Source: Alphaproteobacteria bacterium
Lineage (GTDB): Bacteria > Pseudomonadota > Alphaproteobacteria > UBA6615
Assembly: GCA_003230015.1 (NCBI GenBank)
Contig: QIGO01000221.1
Coordinates: 2,449 to 66,448 of the forward strand
Reading direction: 5' to 3'
DNA length: 64,000 bases
A program made the translations under genes and the position numbers. Below are positions 45,152-55,843 of this stretch, piece after piece. How positions within the stretch are numbered: position 1 is the stretch's first letter; each line of letters begins with the position of its first letter. The notes beneath the pieces were generated by a model. The model was not told where the DNA came from. It worked only from the letters and a program-made list of their open reading frames with translations, and ran no database searches.

Positions 45152-45775
45152 TTAGCCCCCCGCCTCGTCGCCGTCCGCCTCGGCCTTTTCATCCCCTGGC
45201 AAGACATGGTTCATGCCTTCCCAGGGACTCAGGAAGTCGAAGTTGCGAAACTCCTGGGTCAGCTTGACCGGGTCATAGACCACGCGTTTCTGAGTTTCGT
45301 CGTAGCGCACTTCGACCCGGCCTGTCAGCGGAAAGTCCTTCCGCAAGGGATGTCCTTCAAAACCGTAATCGGTCAGCAGCCGCCGCAAGTCCGGATTGTC
45401 GGCAAAGGGAATGCCGTAAAGATCCCAGGCCTCGCGCTCATACCAGCCGGCACCGCGAAACACCCCGGTCACCGTCGGCACCAGCACGTCTTCGCCAATC
45501 TGAATCTTCACGCGTATGCGCTGATTGTGGCGCAACGACAAGAGGTTATAGACCACCTCGAACCGCCGCTCACGTTCCGGATAGTCCACCCCGCACAAAT
45601 CGACGAGCACTTTGAATTGACAGCCTGTGTCGTCACGCAAATGCGTCAGCACCTCGACCACCGCGCCCGCCCGCGCCGTCACGATCAACTCGTCGCAAAT
45701 CTGCTCCATCCCCAGCACGGCTTGCGGCAGCGCGCTGGCGATCGACTCACCCAGATCGTTGAGCGCCTGATTCAT
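45152..45775 (-). CDS. nuoC: NADH-quinone oxidoreductase subunit C
   Basis: 207 aa with an acidic C-terminal tail. Confidence 0.93.
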   Translation of the reverse strand: MNQALNDLGESIASALPQAVLGMEQICDELIVTARAGAVVEVLTHLRDDTGCQFKVLVDLCGVDYPERERRFEVVYNLLSLRHNQRIRVKIQIGEDVLVPTVTGVFRGAGWYEREAWDLYGIPFADNPDLRRLLTDYGFEGHPLRKDFPLTGRVEVRYDETQKRVVYDPVKLTQEFRNFDFLSPWEGMNHVLPGDEKAEADGDEAGG

Positions 45776-45816
45776 CCGCGGCCCTGCTCGTCATCCTGCT
45801 TTTTTGTCATCTCGCT

Positions 45817-46383
45817 CTAGCGCGCGATAGTCGTGGTGCGCCGTATTTTTTTCTGTAGCTGCAGGAGTCCATAGAGCAAAGCCTCGGCAGTTGGTGGACA
45901 TCCGGGCACGTAGATATCGACCGGCACGACTCGGTCGCATCCACGCACCACCGCATAGGAATAGTGGTAGTAGCCGCCTCCGTTGGCGCAAGACCCCATG
46001 GACAGAACCCAGCGCGGTTCGGCCATCTGGTCATAGACCTTGCGCAAGGCCGGCGCCATTTTGTTGGTCAGCGTGCCGGCAACGATCATCACATCCGATT
46101 GCCGCGGGCTCGGCCGGAAGATGGTGCCAAATCTGTCCAGATCGTACCGCGAGGCCGCCGTATGCATCATCTCGATAGCGCAGCAGGCAAGACCGAAGGT
46201 CATCGGCCACAGCGACCCGGTGCGCGCCCACCCCGCCAACTTGTCCATATTGGCGATAACGAAACCCTTCTTGACGATTTCATCGGTGACCAGGGCCAGC
46301 GCTTCACGCTGCTGCGGCCCCGCCGCAATGGGGACCGGCGCGGCCATGTCGCTCACTCCCATTCCAGCGCCCCTTTGCGCCAC
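45817..46383 (-). CDS. nuoB: NADH-quinone oxidoreductase subunit B
   Basis: CCAIEMM...[10 protein letters not shown]...CPP motifs. The ORF-track start overlaps nuoA by 31 nt, so the true start is probably an internal Met near 46362 or 46347. Confidence 0.9.
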   Translation of the reverse strand: MAQRGAGMGVSDMAAPVPIAAGPQQREALALVTDEIVKKGFVIANMDKLAGWARTGSLWPMTFGLACCAIEMMHTAASRYDLDRFGTIFRPSPRQSDVMIVAGTLTNKMAPALRKVYDQMAEPRWVLSMGSCANGGGYYHYSYAVVRGCDRVVPVDIYVPGCPPTAEALLYGLLQLQKKIRRTTTIAR

Positions 46384-46718
46384 TCATAGACAAAGCCGAC
46401 AGTGAGAATGCCCAAAAACACCACCATCGACCAGAAACCCAAAAGACCGATATCCTTCAGCGCCACCGCCCAAGGAAACAGAAAGGCCATTTCCAGATCG
46501 AAGATAATGAAAAGAATCGCTACCAGGTAAAACCGCACGTCGAACTTCATCCGCGCATCGTCGAAAGGATCGAAGCCGCACTCGTAGGCCGCGTTTTTCT
46601 CGCTGTCGGGCTTCTGCGTGCCCATCACCAGGCCGGCGACGAGGAACATCGTTGCCAGCGCGATCGCCAGGCCGAGAAAAATCAAAATCGGCAAATATTC
46701 ACGCAGTAGCTCATCCAT
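46353..46718 (-). CDS. nuoA: NADH-quinone oxidoreductase subunit A
   Basis: 121 aa; the first gene of the nuo operon, with a 205-nt promoter region upstream. Confidence 0.93.
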   Translation of the reverse strand: MDELLREYLPILIFLGLAIALATMFLVAGLVMGTQKPDSEKNAAYECGFDPFDDARMKFDVRFYLVAILFIIFDLEMAFLFPWAVALKDIGLLGFWSMVVFLGILTVGFVYEWRKGALEWE

Positions 46719-46923
46719 GCGCGACAGGCCCCCATTGACAGCTTTGCTCGCCCTTCTCGCCCGTCATTCTGTTCTATCGGCGCGGACGAACCGGCACGGT
46801 TTTGCCGCGCCGCAGCAATACACCACGCCCAGATACAGCGCAAGACACAGCATCCCCTGGCCGCGCCGTTGCACCGGGTCCGGGAATCGGCTGTCAATTT
46901 CGCAAATGCGGCGCTGGCACCAC

Positions 46924-47832
46924 CTACGCGCCGCTGCGCTCGGCACGGCCTGCCAGTTGGTGGCCCAATGCGATCACTAGAGCCTGGGCAAGACAGAGCG
47001 ACGCACCCAGCGAGCGAAAATCATGCACTGTGGCATCTTCGACTTGAAAGCTCACATTCGCCAATTGCACCAGGGGACTCAGCAACTCATCCGTGATCGC
47101 GATGATCGGCACCCCCCGGCCATGCGTTCGCGCCGCCAGATTTACGACTTCAGGCGAGTAATCCTGATAGCTGATGGCCACCAGCACGTCATTTTCTCCG
47201 ATCCAACTCGCCTGCTCCGCCAGCATGCCGCCGACATTGTCGATCAGGAACGCCCGTCGATCCATATTGTTGAGCGCATAGAACAAGTAGGACGCGACCG
47301 GAAAGGCCCGCCGCATGGCCAATAGATGAATATGATCCGCCGAGCTTAACAGGCCCACCGCTTTCTGTAACGACTCCGTGCTGACCTCAGCCAGCAAATG
47401 TTTCAGCGCCTCGTTATTCGCGGCCACGAAATGTTCCAGAACAACCTTCGGATCGTCGAAGTCTCGGCTGCCCTGTTTTTCTTTCAGGTCGCGTATTCGC
47501 TGGCTGTAGCTGGGTTTCGCCGCCACCAGACGATCGCGAAAGATGCGTTGCATCTCGCTATAACCGCTATAACCCAGCGCCTTGGCGAAGCGGATCAGGC
47601 TCGACGGCTGGACCTTGGAATGAACGGCGACGGTCGCGATCGTATCCAGCGCGATTTCGTTAGGATGATTGAGTACGAACCGGGCGATCTGCTTCAACCG
47701 CGGGCTCAGATCGTCATACCGCCCCGAGATTTCCCGTACCAGCGCGTCATGCCCCTGCGGCGCCGCGAATTCCGCCGCTTCGACACCGCCGCCCCCTCGG
47801 GCGGCTTTTTGTGCTTTTCCCTGTTTCAACAC
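46924..47832 (-). CDS. MurR/RpiR family transcriptional regulator (HTH_6 + SIS domain)
   Basis: N-terminal HTH (LSPRLKQIARFVLNHPNEIALDTIATVA) and a C-terminal SIS sugar-phosphate-binding fold. Confidence 0.8.
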   Translation of the reverse strand: MLKQGKAQKAARGGGGVEAAEFAAPQGHDALVREISGRYDDLSPRLKQIARFVLNHPNEIALDTIATVAVHSKVQPSSLIRFAKALGYSGYSEMQRIFRDRLVAAKPSYSQRIRDLKEKQGSRDFDDPKVVLEHFVAANNEALKHLLAEVSTESLQKAVGLLSSADHIHLLAMRRAFPVASYLFYALNNMDRRAFLIDNVGGMLAEQASWIGENDVLVAISYQDYSPEVVNLAARTHGRGVPIIAITDELLSPLVQLANVSFQVEDATVHDFRSLGASLCLAQALVIALGHQLAGRAERSGA

Positions 47833-47972
47833 GGTTCAACCGGGCCAATATTGCCTACAAGGCACTGATATTACATGATTTGGCCAGACAAGACAGCCCA
47901 TAGTCCCAACCGCGCCTGGCTCTGTGCCGCGGATATAAGGCGCCCGAGATGAATTGCAACACGCATGAGCGG

Positions 47973-48049
<77 letters not shown>

Positions 48050-48154
48050 GCAATATCTGGCGCATCATACGCCCGAATAGCAGGCTGCTGTGTACTGCTC
48101 CACCAAGCCACTGTCAAGCAACCCCGGGCGGACGCCTTACAACCGTGGGCGTAG

Positions 48155-48673
48155 CTAGCTCAAGGTGCCCCGAATAGGATAGTCGACTTCCTGAATACGC
48201 CGGATCCCCCGCAACAGGCCAGCCAGATCCGGCCGGCACCACGGCGCGTTCGATATGTCGACCACTTGTACCTGGCCGCCCGGGTTAACCACGAACACCC
48301 CCGGTTCGGCAAACGGCCGGTCGGTCTCCTGTTCATTTCTCGGCTCGGATATATACAGGCCAAGCCGCCGCATCGCCTCCATGCCGAGTTCATAGGCAAC
48401 CGGAAAGTGCCACCCATACTCGGCGACATCGGCCTCGGCTTTGGCTTGGCTGTCGGCGGAGATCGCGACCACCTCGGCATTGGCCTCGCCAAACGCACCA
48501 TGCAGGCTGCTCAGCTCTTTCAGATAGGTCTTGCAAAGTGGGCAATGCCTGCCCCGATAAATGACAATGAATTGATATCCCGGCCGCGCACCGCCCACCC
48601 GCACCCCGCCGCCGCCGACCAGCGGCAGATCCAATTCCGGCATCAACGAACCGGCGCCAAGTTTCTCACTCAT
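48155..48673 (-). CDS. Thioredoxin-fold redoxin (AhpC/TSA-like) with an HCPLC motif
   Basis: The start was chosen at MSEKLGAGSL (internal Met of ORF 48155..48865). A CxxC motif sits in a peroxiredoxin-like context. Confidence 0.65.
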   Translation of the reverse strand: MSEKLGAGSLMPELDLPLVGGGGVRVGGARPGYQFIVIYRGRHCPLCKTYLKELSSLHGAFGEANAEVVAISADSQAKAEADVAEYGWHFPVAYELGMEAMRRLGLYISEPRNEQETDRPFAEPGVFVVNPGGQVQVVDISNAPWCRPDLAGLLRGIRRIQEVDYPIRGTLS

Positions 48674-48848
48674 ATCGACTTCCTCGAACCATACTGTCGA
48701 ACAAAAGAAGATAACTATTTCGGCGCCATAGGCGCGAAAGCCAGCCCCTCTAACAAAAATGTCATCCCCCTGTACCGGTTGCACCTGCGGCGCGCCCCAC
48801 GCCATAGTGGCGCCCGTCCCGCCCCGTCGCGGCTCTGGAGGACATATT

Positions 48849-49496
48849 GTGAACCGCGAGATCATCTATATCGGCGACCCCATGTGCTCCTGGTGTTGGG
48901 GTTTTTCCCCAGTCCTCAAAACCATCAATGAACAATTTGGCGCCCACGCACCTCTGCGGGTGGTCGTCGGCGGCCTGCGCCCTGGCGACACCCAGCCCAT
49001 GACCGGCGCGACCGGATCCTATATTCGCCGCCATTGGGAGAGTGTGCACGAGGCTACGGGCCAGCCCTTCTGTTTCGATCTGTTCGAACGCGACGACATC
49101 GTCTTGAATACCGAGCCGGCGTGCCGGGCCGTCGTCACCATGCGGACCCTGCGGCCGGCCGCCACCCTGCCCTACTTTGAGCGCCTGCACCGGGCTTTCT
49201 ATGTCGAGAACCTGGATCTTACCGACGCCGGCCATCTCTCCCGCCTTGCCGAGCCCTTCGGTCTCTCCCCCAAGGATTTCATCACCGCCTTTGAATCCGC
49301 GGAATTGCGGACCGAGACAGTGCAGGATTTCCAACTCAGCCAGCGCCTCGGCGTGCGCGGCTTCCCCACGATCATTCTACGCCACGGCGATCATATGTCC
49401 CTTCTAACCGCCGGTTACCAACCCTTCGAGGCCCTCCGCCCAATTCTCGAGCAATGGTCCCACCGCCAACCCGAACCCAGTAGCCAAGTCAACTGA
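48849..49496 (+). CDS. DsbA-family thioredoxin-domain oxidoreductase (FrnE/HCCA-isomerase-like)
   Basis: DPMCSWCWGF active-site motif. The probable GTG start at 48849 is preceded by GGAGGA, and the upstream part of ORF 48759.. is likely non-coding. Confidence 0.7.
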   Translation: MNREIIYIGDPMCSWCWGFSPVLKTINEQFGAHAPLRVVVGGLRPGDTQPMTGATGSYIRRHWESVHEATGQPFCFDLFERDDIVLNTEPACRAVVTMRTLRPAATLPYFERLHRAFYVENLDLTDAGHLSRLAEPFGLSPKDFITAFESAELRTETVQDFQLSQRLGVRGFPTIILRHGDHMSLLTAGYQPFEALRPILEQWSHRQPEPSSQVN

Positions 49497-49507
49497 CGCC
49501 GGAGATT

Positions 49508-50143
49508 TTGATGATCGACCTTTACACCTGGACGACCCCCAACGGCCGCAAAATCTCCATCATGCTTGAGGAGCTTGGCCTTCCCTACACCGCCCACCCC
49601 ATCGACATCACAAAAGACGACCAATTCGCGCCCGACTTTCTGGCCATCAGCCCAAACAACAAAATACCGGCGATTGTCGACAATGAAACCGGCATCCAAA
49701 TGATGGAATCCGGTGCCATCCTGCTCTATCTCGCCGACAAGGCCGGCGGATTCGTCCCCACCGAGGACAAAGCGCGCTGGGAAATGATGGAATGGCTCAT
49801 GTTCCAAATGGCCAGCATCGGTCCCATGCTCGGCCAGACCCACCATTTCCACCGCTTCAACCCCGGCAAGGCCCCCTATGCAGAAGACCGCTACATCAAC
49901 GAAACCAAACGCCTATACGGCGTCCTGGACAAGCGGCTCGAGGGCCGCGAATACATCCTGGACGCCTATTCCATCGTCGACATAGCGACATGGCCCTGGA
50001 TCGCGCGCTTTGAGTGGCAGGGTATCGACCTCAACGACTATCCCGACGTCAGGCGCTGGTACTGCCACATCGCCCAACGCCCCGCCGTACAGCGCGGCTA
50101 TGCCGTCCCCAAACCCGCCGGCGACATCCCCATGCCCGGCTAA
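49508..50143 (+). CDS. Glutathione S-transferase (Nu-class/YfcG-like)
   Basis: IDLYTWTTPNGRKISIMLEELGLPY... gives a GST N-terminal thioredoxin fold, followed by the C-terminal alpha domain; 211 aa. Confidence 0.85.
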   Translation: MMIDLYTWTTPNGRKISIMLEELGLPYTAHPIDITKDDQFAPDFLAISPNNKIPAIVDNETGIQMMESGAILLYLADKAGGFVPTEDKARWEMMEWLMFQMASIGPMLGQTHHFHRFNPGKAPYAEDRYINETKRLYGVLDKRLEGREYILDAYSIVDIATWPWIARFEWQGIDLNDYPDVRRWYCHIAQRPAVQRGYAVPKPAGDIPMPG

Positions 50144-51105
50144 CCGCCCGCGCTCTGCGCCAATATCGGGTTGAATACCGACGCGTCCACATTGCCGCCG
50201 GAAAGAACCACGCCCACCTTCAGACCCTTCCGCGCATGTTTTTCTTTCAGCAAGGCCGCCAACGGCGCGGCCCCCCCGCCTTCGGCCAAATTATGGGTGT
50301 CGGTGTAGTAGATACCCATGGCCGCTTTGATTTCGTCGTCGGATACCGTGACCACCCGCTCCGCGCCCCGGCCAATGATTTCCAAGGCTGCCGGATCGGC
50401 GACCCGCACCGCCAGGCCGTCGGCGATGGTATCGGCGGTATTTGTCGCCACAACCTCGCCGGCCTCGAACGAAAGCGCGTAGGTGGCGGCACCCTCCGAC
50501 ACCACGCCGACAATTTTGGTCCGCGCCCCTAGAGCGTCGCGCGCCATGATCGTTCCGGCGATCCCCGATCCCAGCCCGATGGGCACATAGACCACGTCCA
50601 ACGCTTCGGCACCGCGCAAGAATTCCAGCCCGTAGGTCGCCACCCCGCGCACCAGCAAGGGGTCGAACGAGGGCACCATATGCAGGCCCTCTTTGCGCGC
50701 ATAGGCGACCGCATAGTCTTTCGCCTCATTAAAATCTTGCCCATGTTCGATCACTTCGGCGCCAAACGCCGCCATGGCGCGGTTTTTCTCCACGCTGTTG
50801 CCATGCGGGACCACCATGACGGCATCAAGACCATGCACCCGCGCGGCCAGGGCAATGCTCTGCCCATGGTTCCCTCGCGTCGCCGCGATCACACGGCTGA
50901 TCTCCGGGCGGTGTTTTCTGAGGTCATCCAAATAGACCAGCCCGCCGCGCAGCTTGAAGGCACCGATGGGTGTGTGATTCTCATGTTTTACCCACACCTC
51001 CGTCCCTGCGCGCTCACACAGCAACGGCCAGCAATATTGCGGAGTCGGCGGCATATGGCGGTAAACCAGCGACGCCGCCAATTCGATCTGCTCAAGTTCG
51101 GTCAT
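50140..51105 (-). CDS. Threonine/serine dehydratase-family PLP-dependent enzyme
   Basis: PLP-lysine motif GAFKLRGG and glycine-rich loop GLGSGIAGT; 321 aa with no regulatory ACT domain. Confidence 0.8.
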   Translation of the reverse strand: MTELEQIELAASLVYRHMPPTPQYCWPLLCERAGTEVWVKHENHTPIGAFKLRGGLVYLDDLRKHRPEISRVIAATRGNHGQSIALAARVHGLDAVMVVPHGNSVEKNRAMAAFGAEVIEHGQDFNEAKDYAVAYARKEGLHMVPSFDPLLVRGVATYGLEFLRGAEALDVVYVPIGLGSGIAGTIMARDALGARTKIVGVVSEGAATYALSFEAGEVVATNTADTIADGLAVRVADPAALEIIGRGAERVVTVSDDEIKAAMGIYYTDTHNLAEGGGAAPLAALLKEKHARKGLKVGVVLSGGNVDASVFNPILAQSAGG

Positions 51106-51189
51106 CGGCTGGCTCCTATGTTGTTCGCAACCTTAGGAGCCTTGGCCAAGTGACGACAACGATTACATTGTCACGATACAAACGGGCCG

Positions 51190-51266
51190 TGGTGGGCGAT
51201 GACGGGATCGAACCGCCGACCTTCTCGGTGTAAACGAGACGCTCTCCCAGCTGAGCTAATCGCCCC
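51190..51266 (-). tRNA. tRNA-Val (TAC)
   Basis: The reverse complement GGGCGATTAGCTCAGCTGGGAGAGCGTCTCGTTTACACCGAGAAGGTCGGCGGTTCGATCCCGTCATCGCCCACCA has anticodon loop TTTACAC. Confidence 0.9.
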
Positions 51267-51304
51267 AAGGAATCATATCAAACTGCGGTGCACGCAATTT
51301 CAAG

Positions 51305-51340
51305 CCAAAAAAAGACCGGCCGCATCCTGCAACCGGTACT
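51305..51340 (-). terminator. Rho-independent terminator downstream of hupB
   Basis: On the minus strand, ACCGG...CCGGT pairs around the loop TTGCAGGATGCGG and is followed by TCTTTTTTTGG. Confidence 0.6.
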
Positions 51341-51357
51341 TCACAGCAAAGCCTTGC

Positions 51358-51630
51358 TTAGTTGACAGCCTCTTTCAATGCCTTACCCGCCTTAAACTTC
51401 GGTTGCTTGGATGCGGGAATTTGTATGGCCTCACCGGTCCGTGGGTTACGGCCGGTCGTTGCCGCCCGTTGCGAAACGCTAAACGTGCCAAATCCCACCA
51501 AGCGCACTTCACCGCCATTACTCAAGGCACCGGCGATCGAATCAAACACGCTGTCCACAGCTTTTGCGGCATCGGCCTTTGACAAATCGGCGGATACCGA
51601 CACTGCGGCAACGAGATCGTTTTTATTCAC
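51358..51630 (-). CDS. hupB: DNA-binding protein HU
   Basis: 90 aa; MNKNDLVAAV...GFGTFSVSQRAATTGRNPRTGEAIQIPASKQPKFKAGKALK. Confidence 0.93.
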   Translation of the reverse strand: MNKNDLVAAVSVSADLSKADAAKAVDSVFDSIAGALSNGGEVRLVGFGTFSVSQRAATTGRNPRTGEAIQIPASKQPKFKAGKALKEAVN

Positions 51631-51802
51631 TTGAGGCCCCCTCTCACTAAATATGCCCTCACCAAATCCTGACGCCGGGAGTCTAGAGCGCCGAATTTGC
51701 CGCCGTCAATTGCTACGGCCAAACAAAACCCAGTGCAATGTGTGATTCTCGCGACACTGTGGCAGGCTCGTAACGCTATCGTCGCCCACTTACACAATTT
51801 TT

Positions 51803-51834
51803 GGTCTTGTCACTCGCTAGTGAGTGACAAGACC
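51803..51834 (-). other. 13-bp perfect inverted repeat (6-nt loop) straddling the lon stop codon
   Basis: ggtcttgtcactc-gctagt-gagtgacaagacc; the lon TAG stop (51817..51819) lies in the loop. A T-run follows on the plus strand and an A-run follows on the minus strand. Confidence 0.55.
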
Positions 51835-54237
51835 ACCAGTTTTCCCGGCATTCTCGGTTTCGCTGGCACTCACCGACGCAACCTTGTCGTTGTCGTCTTC
51901 ATTCCACTCGATGGGAACAAGCGGCTCGCACAAGGCATGGGTCAAGACCTCGTCCACCGTTTGCACGGGAACGATCTCCAGGCCCTTTTTGACCACGTCG
52001 GGGATTTCCACCAGGTCCTTCTCATTCTCCTGCGGAATGATAACCTTCTTCAGCCCGCCTCTCAGCGCCGCCAGCAGCTTCTCCTTCAAGCCGCCGATGG
52101 GTAAGACCCGACCCCGTAGCGTGATCTCACCCGTCATCGCGACTTCCCGGCGCACCGGGTTACCGGTCAGCATGGAAACCATTGAGGTAGCCATCGCCAC
52201 GCCTGCGGACGGTCCGTCTTTCGGCACCGCACCTTCCGGGACATGAATATGAATGTCGCGTTTCTCGAACAGCGTCGGCTTGATACCGTATTGAGCGGCC
52301 CGCGACCGCACGAAACCGCTGGCTGCTTGCACGGACTCTTGCATCACGTCGCCAAGTTTGCCGGTTATCGTCATCTTGCCCCGGCCGGGTATCAGAATGG
52401 ACTCAATCGACAACAATTCGCCGCCAACCTCCGTCCACGCCAATCCTGTGGTCACGCCAACCAGATCGTCTTGTTCGATCTCACCGTAACGGTATTTCTT
52501 GACGCCCGCGTATTTCTCAACGTTTCTGGCCGTCACCCGAACCTGAGTGATGTCACTGACGGTGATTTCTTTCACCGCCTTACGGGCCAGGTTGGCAAGC
52601 TCGCGCTCAAGATTCCGCACCCCGGCTTCACGCGTATAGTAGCGGATCAAATCGCGCAGCGCGGCGGCAGAGATTGCCCATTCGCCTTCCTTCAGGCCAT
52701 TCTCCCGTAGCTGCTTCTTGATCAAATGGCGCCTGGCGATCTCGACTTTTTCATCTTCGGTATAGCCCGCCAGCCGAATGACCTCCATCCTGTCGAGCAG
52801 CGGCTGCGGCATCCGCAAGGTATTCGCTGTACACACGAACATCACATCGGAAAGGTCGTAGTCGATCTCCAGATAATGGTCCTGGAAAGCTGAATTCTGC
52901 TCCGGATCCAAAACCTCCAACAAGGCCGATGACGGATCGCCGCGCCAATCGGCGCCCAGCTTGTCGACTTCGTCCAGCAAGAATAGCGGGTTCGACGACT
53001 TCGCCTTTTTCATCCCTTGGATAACTTTACCCGGCATCGAGCCGATATAGGTGCGCCGGTGTCCGCGAACCTCCGCCTCGTCGCGAACACCGCCCAGGGA
53101 CATGCGCACAAAGTTGCGCCCCGTCGCCCGGGCAATGGATTTGCCCAGCGAGGTTTTACCGACCCCCGGCGGGCCCACCAGACAAAGGATCGGGCCTTTG
53201 ATCTTGTTCATGCGCTGTTGCACGGCCAAGTATTCGATGATCCGTTCCTTGACTTTCTCAAGGCTGTAGTGGTCTTCGTTCAGAATTACCTCTGCGGCAA
53301 CAATATCCTTCCGCACCCGCGTGCGTTGTTTCCACGGAATGCCCAACAGCCAATCCAGATAGTTTCTGACCACCGTCGCTTCGGCGGACATCGGGCTCAT
53401 ATTGCGCAGTTTCTTGATCTCCTGCGTGGCCTTCTCGCGCCCTTCTTTGCTCAGCTTGGTCTTCTTGATCCGGTCCTCGAGCTCCTGCAACTCATCGCGG
53501 CCTTCTTCGCCTTCACCCAGCTCCTTTTGAATGGCCTTCATCTGCTCATTCAAATAATATTCGCGTTGGGTCTTCTCCATCTGCCGCTTGACACGGTTGC
53601 GGATTCGCTTCTCGACCTGTAAAACGCCGATCTCGCCTTCCATGAAGCCGTAGATCTTCTCCAGCCGCTCGCTGATGACGGAGGCTTCCAAAAGCTCCTG
53701 CTTCTCGGCGATCTTCAGCGACAAATGCGCGGCGACCGTGTCGGCGAGCTTCCCGGGCTCTTCGATCTGATTGACCGAAACCAGGACCTCTGGCGGAACT
53801 TTGCGGTTCAGCTTGATATATTGCTCGAACTGCGCGACGACCGATCGGCTCAGCGCCTCGACTTCCTGATTATTGCCCAGATCCTCGCCGGTATTCTCCG
53901 CATACGCCTGGAAGAATTGTTCATTCTCTGCAAAACGAGTGATTTGCGCCCGCGCGCCGCCTTCGACCAGCACCTTCACGGTCCCGTCCGGCAGCTTGAG
54001 CAACTGCAACACCGTGCCGACCGTACCCACCGAGAATATATCCCCGGGCGCCGGATCGTCCTGCGCAGCGTCCCTCTGAGTGACCAAAAGGATCTGCTTG
54101 TCTTCCTTCATCACATCTTCAAGCGCCCGCACGGACTTTTCGCGCCCCACGAACAGCGGCACGATCATATGCGGGAAAACGACGATATCGCGCAGGGGCA
54201 GAACGGGATAGAGGACGCCGTTTGGTATCTCTAACAT
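51817..54237 (-). CDS. lon: ATP-dependent Lon protease
   Basis: 806-aa protein with a LON N-domain, an AAA+ Walker A (GPPGVGKTS) and a protease domain with catalytic Ser (PKDGPSAG). Confidence 0.95.
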   Translation of the reverse strand: MLEIPNGVLYPVLPLRDIVVFPHMIVPLFVGREKSVRALEDVMKEDKQILLVTQRDAAQDDPAPGDIFSVGTVGTVLQLLKLPDGTVKVLVEGGARAQITRFAENEQFFQAYAENTGEDLGNNQEVEALSRSVVAQFEQYIKLNRKVPPEVLVSVNQIEEPGKLADTVAAHLSLKIAEKQELLEASVISERLEKIYGFMEGEIGVLQVEKRIRNRVKRQMEKTQREYYLNEQMKAIQKELGEGEEGRDELQELEDRIKKTKLSKEGREKATQEIKKLRNMSPMSAEATVVRNYLDWLLGIPWKQRTRVRKDIVAAEVILNEDHYSLEKVKERIIEYLAVQQRMNKIKGPILCLVGPPGVGKTSLGKSIARATGRNFVRMSLGGVRDEAEVRGHRRTYIGSMPGKVIQGMKKAKSSNPLFLLDEVDKLGADWRGDPSSALLEVLDPEQNSAFQDHYLEIDYDLSDVMFVCTANTLRMPQPLLDRMEVIRLAGYTEDEKVEIARRHLIKKQLRENGLKEGEWAISAAALRDLIRYYTREAGVRNLERELANLARKAVKEITVSDITQVRVTARNVEKYAGVKKYRYGEIEQDDLVGVTTGLAWTEVGGELLSIESILIPGRGKMTITGKLGDVMQESVQAASGFVRSRAAQYGIKPTLFEKRDIHIHVPEGAVPKDGPSAGVAMATSMVSMLTGNPVRREVAMTGEITLRGRVLPIGGLKEKLLAALRGGLKKVIIPQENEKDLVEIPDVVKKGLEIVPVQTVDEVLTHALCEPLVPIEWNEDDNDKVASVSASETENAGKTGGLVTH

Positions 54238-54360
54238 TGCTTTTCTTCCATTAGGCCACGCTCAAGCATGAGCACCTGATACGCAACCTTACTCACATGG
54301 TTCTTTCCAAAACCATGATCAAGGCACGAAAATGACCGGCACACAAAATATGGGGGTCGT

Positions 54361-55626
54361 TTAGGCTCTGGTCCCCACATCTTCGCGGCTGTCCGCATAG
54401 ATATGAAGGGGTTTTGCCCGTCCCTCGATCACCTCGCCGTTAATAACGACTTCTTCGACACCTGCCATCCCCGGCAATTCGAACATGGTGTCGAGCAAGA
54501 TAGTTTCCATGATCGACCGCAGGCCGCGGGCACCGGTTTTCCGCCCAATCGCCTTGCGTGCAATCGCTATCAAAGCGTCTTCGCTAAAGCTCAGCGCGAC
54601 GCCTTCCATCTCGAACAGGCGCTCATATTGCTTAACCAGCGCATTCTTGGGCCGGGTCAAGATCTCCACCAGGGCTCCCCGGTCCAGATCTTCAAGCGTC
54701 GCCAACACCGGGAGGCGCCCAATAAACTCCGGGATAAGTCCGAATTTCAGCAAATCCTCAGGCTCTACATCCCGCAATATTTCGCCGGTCAGCCGATCAT
54801 TCGGGCCTTTGACATCGGCGCCGAAGCCAATCGAGGTCCCTTGCCCACGCCCGGTAATGATTTTCTCAAGACCAGAAAAGGCCCCGCCGCAGATAAACAG
54901 AATATTCGTTGTATCCACTTGCAGGAACTCTTGCTGCGGATGCTTCCGGCCGCCTTGTGGCGGCACCGAGGCAACTGTGCCTTCCATGATCTTCAGCAGC
55001 GCCTGCTGCACGCCTTCGCCCGAAACATCGCGCGTAATCGACGGATTGTCCGATTTACGGCTAATCTTGTCGACTTCGTCGATATAGACGATCCCGCGCT
55101 GCGCCCGCTCGACATTATAGTCGGCCGACTGCAACAGCTTGAGGATGATATTCTCGACATCCTCGCCCACATAGCCGGCCTCGGTCAGCGTCGTCGCGTC
55201 GGCCATTGTGAACGGCACATCGAGGATCCGCGCCAGGGTCTGGGCCAGCAACGTCTTGCCGCAGCCGGTCGGGCCGATGAGCAGAATATTCGACTTCGCG
55301 ATCTCGACTTCGCCACCCTTGGCGCTGTGCCCTAACCGCTTGTAATGGTTATGCACGGCCACCGAAAGCACGCGCTTGGCGCGATTCTGGCCAATCACAT
55401 AGTCATCGAGCACGGTACAGATCTCAATCGGCGTCGGCACCCCGTCCTGCGATTTGACTAGGCTCGACTTGTGCTCCTCACGGATAATATCCATGCACAG
55501 CTCGACGCACTCGTCGCAGATGAACACGGTCGGCCCTGCGATAAGCTTGCGCACCTCATGCTGGCTTTTACCGCAGAAGGAGCAATAGAGCGTATTCTTG
55601 GAGTCACCGCCGCTGGACTTGCTCAT
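54361..55626 (-). CDS. clpX: ATP-dependent Clp protease ATP-binding subunit ClpX
   Basis: Zinc-finger CSFCGK...CDEC, Walker A GPTGCGKT and the IGF-like loop. The start was chosen at MSKSSGG. Confidence 0.95.
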   Translation of the reverse strand: MSKSSGGDSKNTLYCSFCGKSQHEVRKLIAGPTVFICDECVELCMDIIREEHKSSLVKSQDGVPTPIEICTVLDDYVIGQNRAKRVLSVAVHNHYKRLGHSAKGGEVEIAKSNILLIGPTGCGKTLLAQTLARILDVPFTMADATTLTEAGYVGEDVENIILKLLQSADYNVERAQRGIVYIDEVDKISRKSDNPSITRDVSGEGVQQALLKIMEGTVASVPPQGGRKHPQQEFLQVDTTNILFICGGAFSGLEKIITGRGQGTSIGFGADVKGPNDRLTGEILRDVEPEDLLKFGLIPEFIGRLPVLATLEDLDRGALVEILTRPKNALVKQYERLFEMEGVALSFSEDALIAIARKAIGRKTGARGLRSIMETILLDTMFELPGMAGVEEVVINGEVIEGRAKPLHIYADSREDVGTRA

Positions 55627-55843
55627 TCCCACTCCGTCGCCGGGCTGTCATGCCCGCAATACCACCAAGCCCGATCCAGCCAAAACCGGCTTTAACACCT
55701 GCCTTCGGCCATCTGCGACCAAATGCGCCTTAACCAGCCGAATCGGTAGCGGTCCGCAGATGTTTATCTATTCAACACTAGCTATCAAGTGCCGATCAAG
55801 AATAAGTTAAACCAGTTATGGGCAACAAATGGTTAACGCGTTG

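Noticed and set aside
54238-54360. Possible sigma-32 heat-shock promoter for lon (CCCCCATAT on the lon strand at ~54345, and CTTGAT-N17-CCATGT nearer the start).
   Set aside because: No properly spaced CTTGAA-type -35 element accompanies the CCCCATAT element, and the second candidate deviates from the consensus. It cannot be supported without transcription-start-site data.
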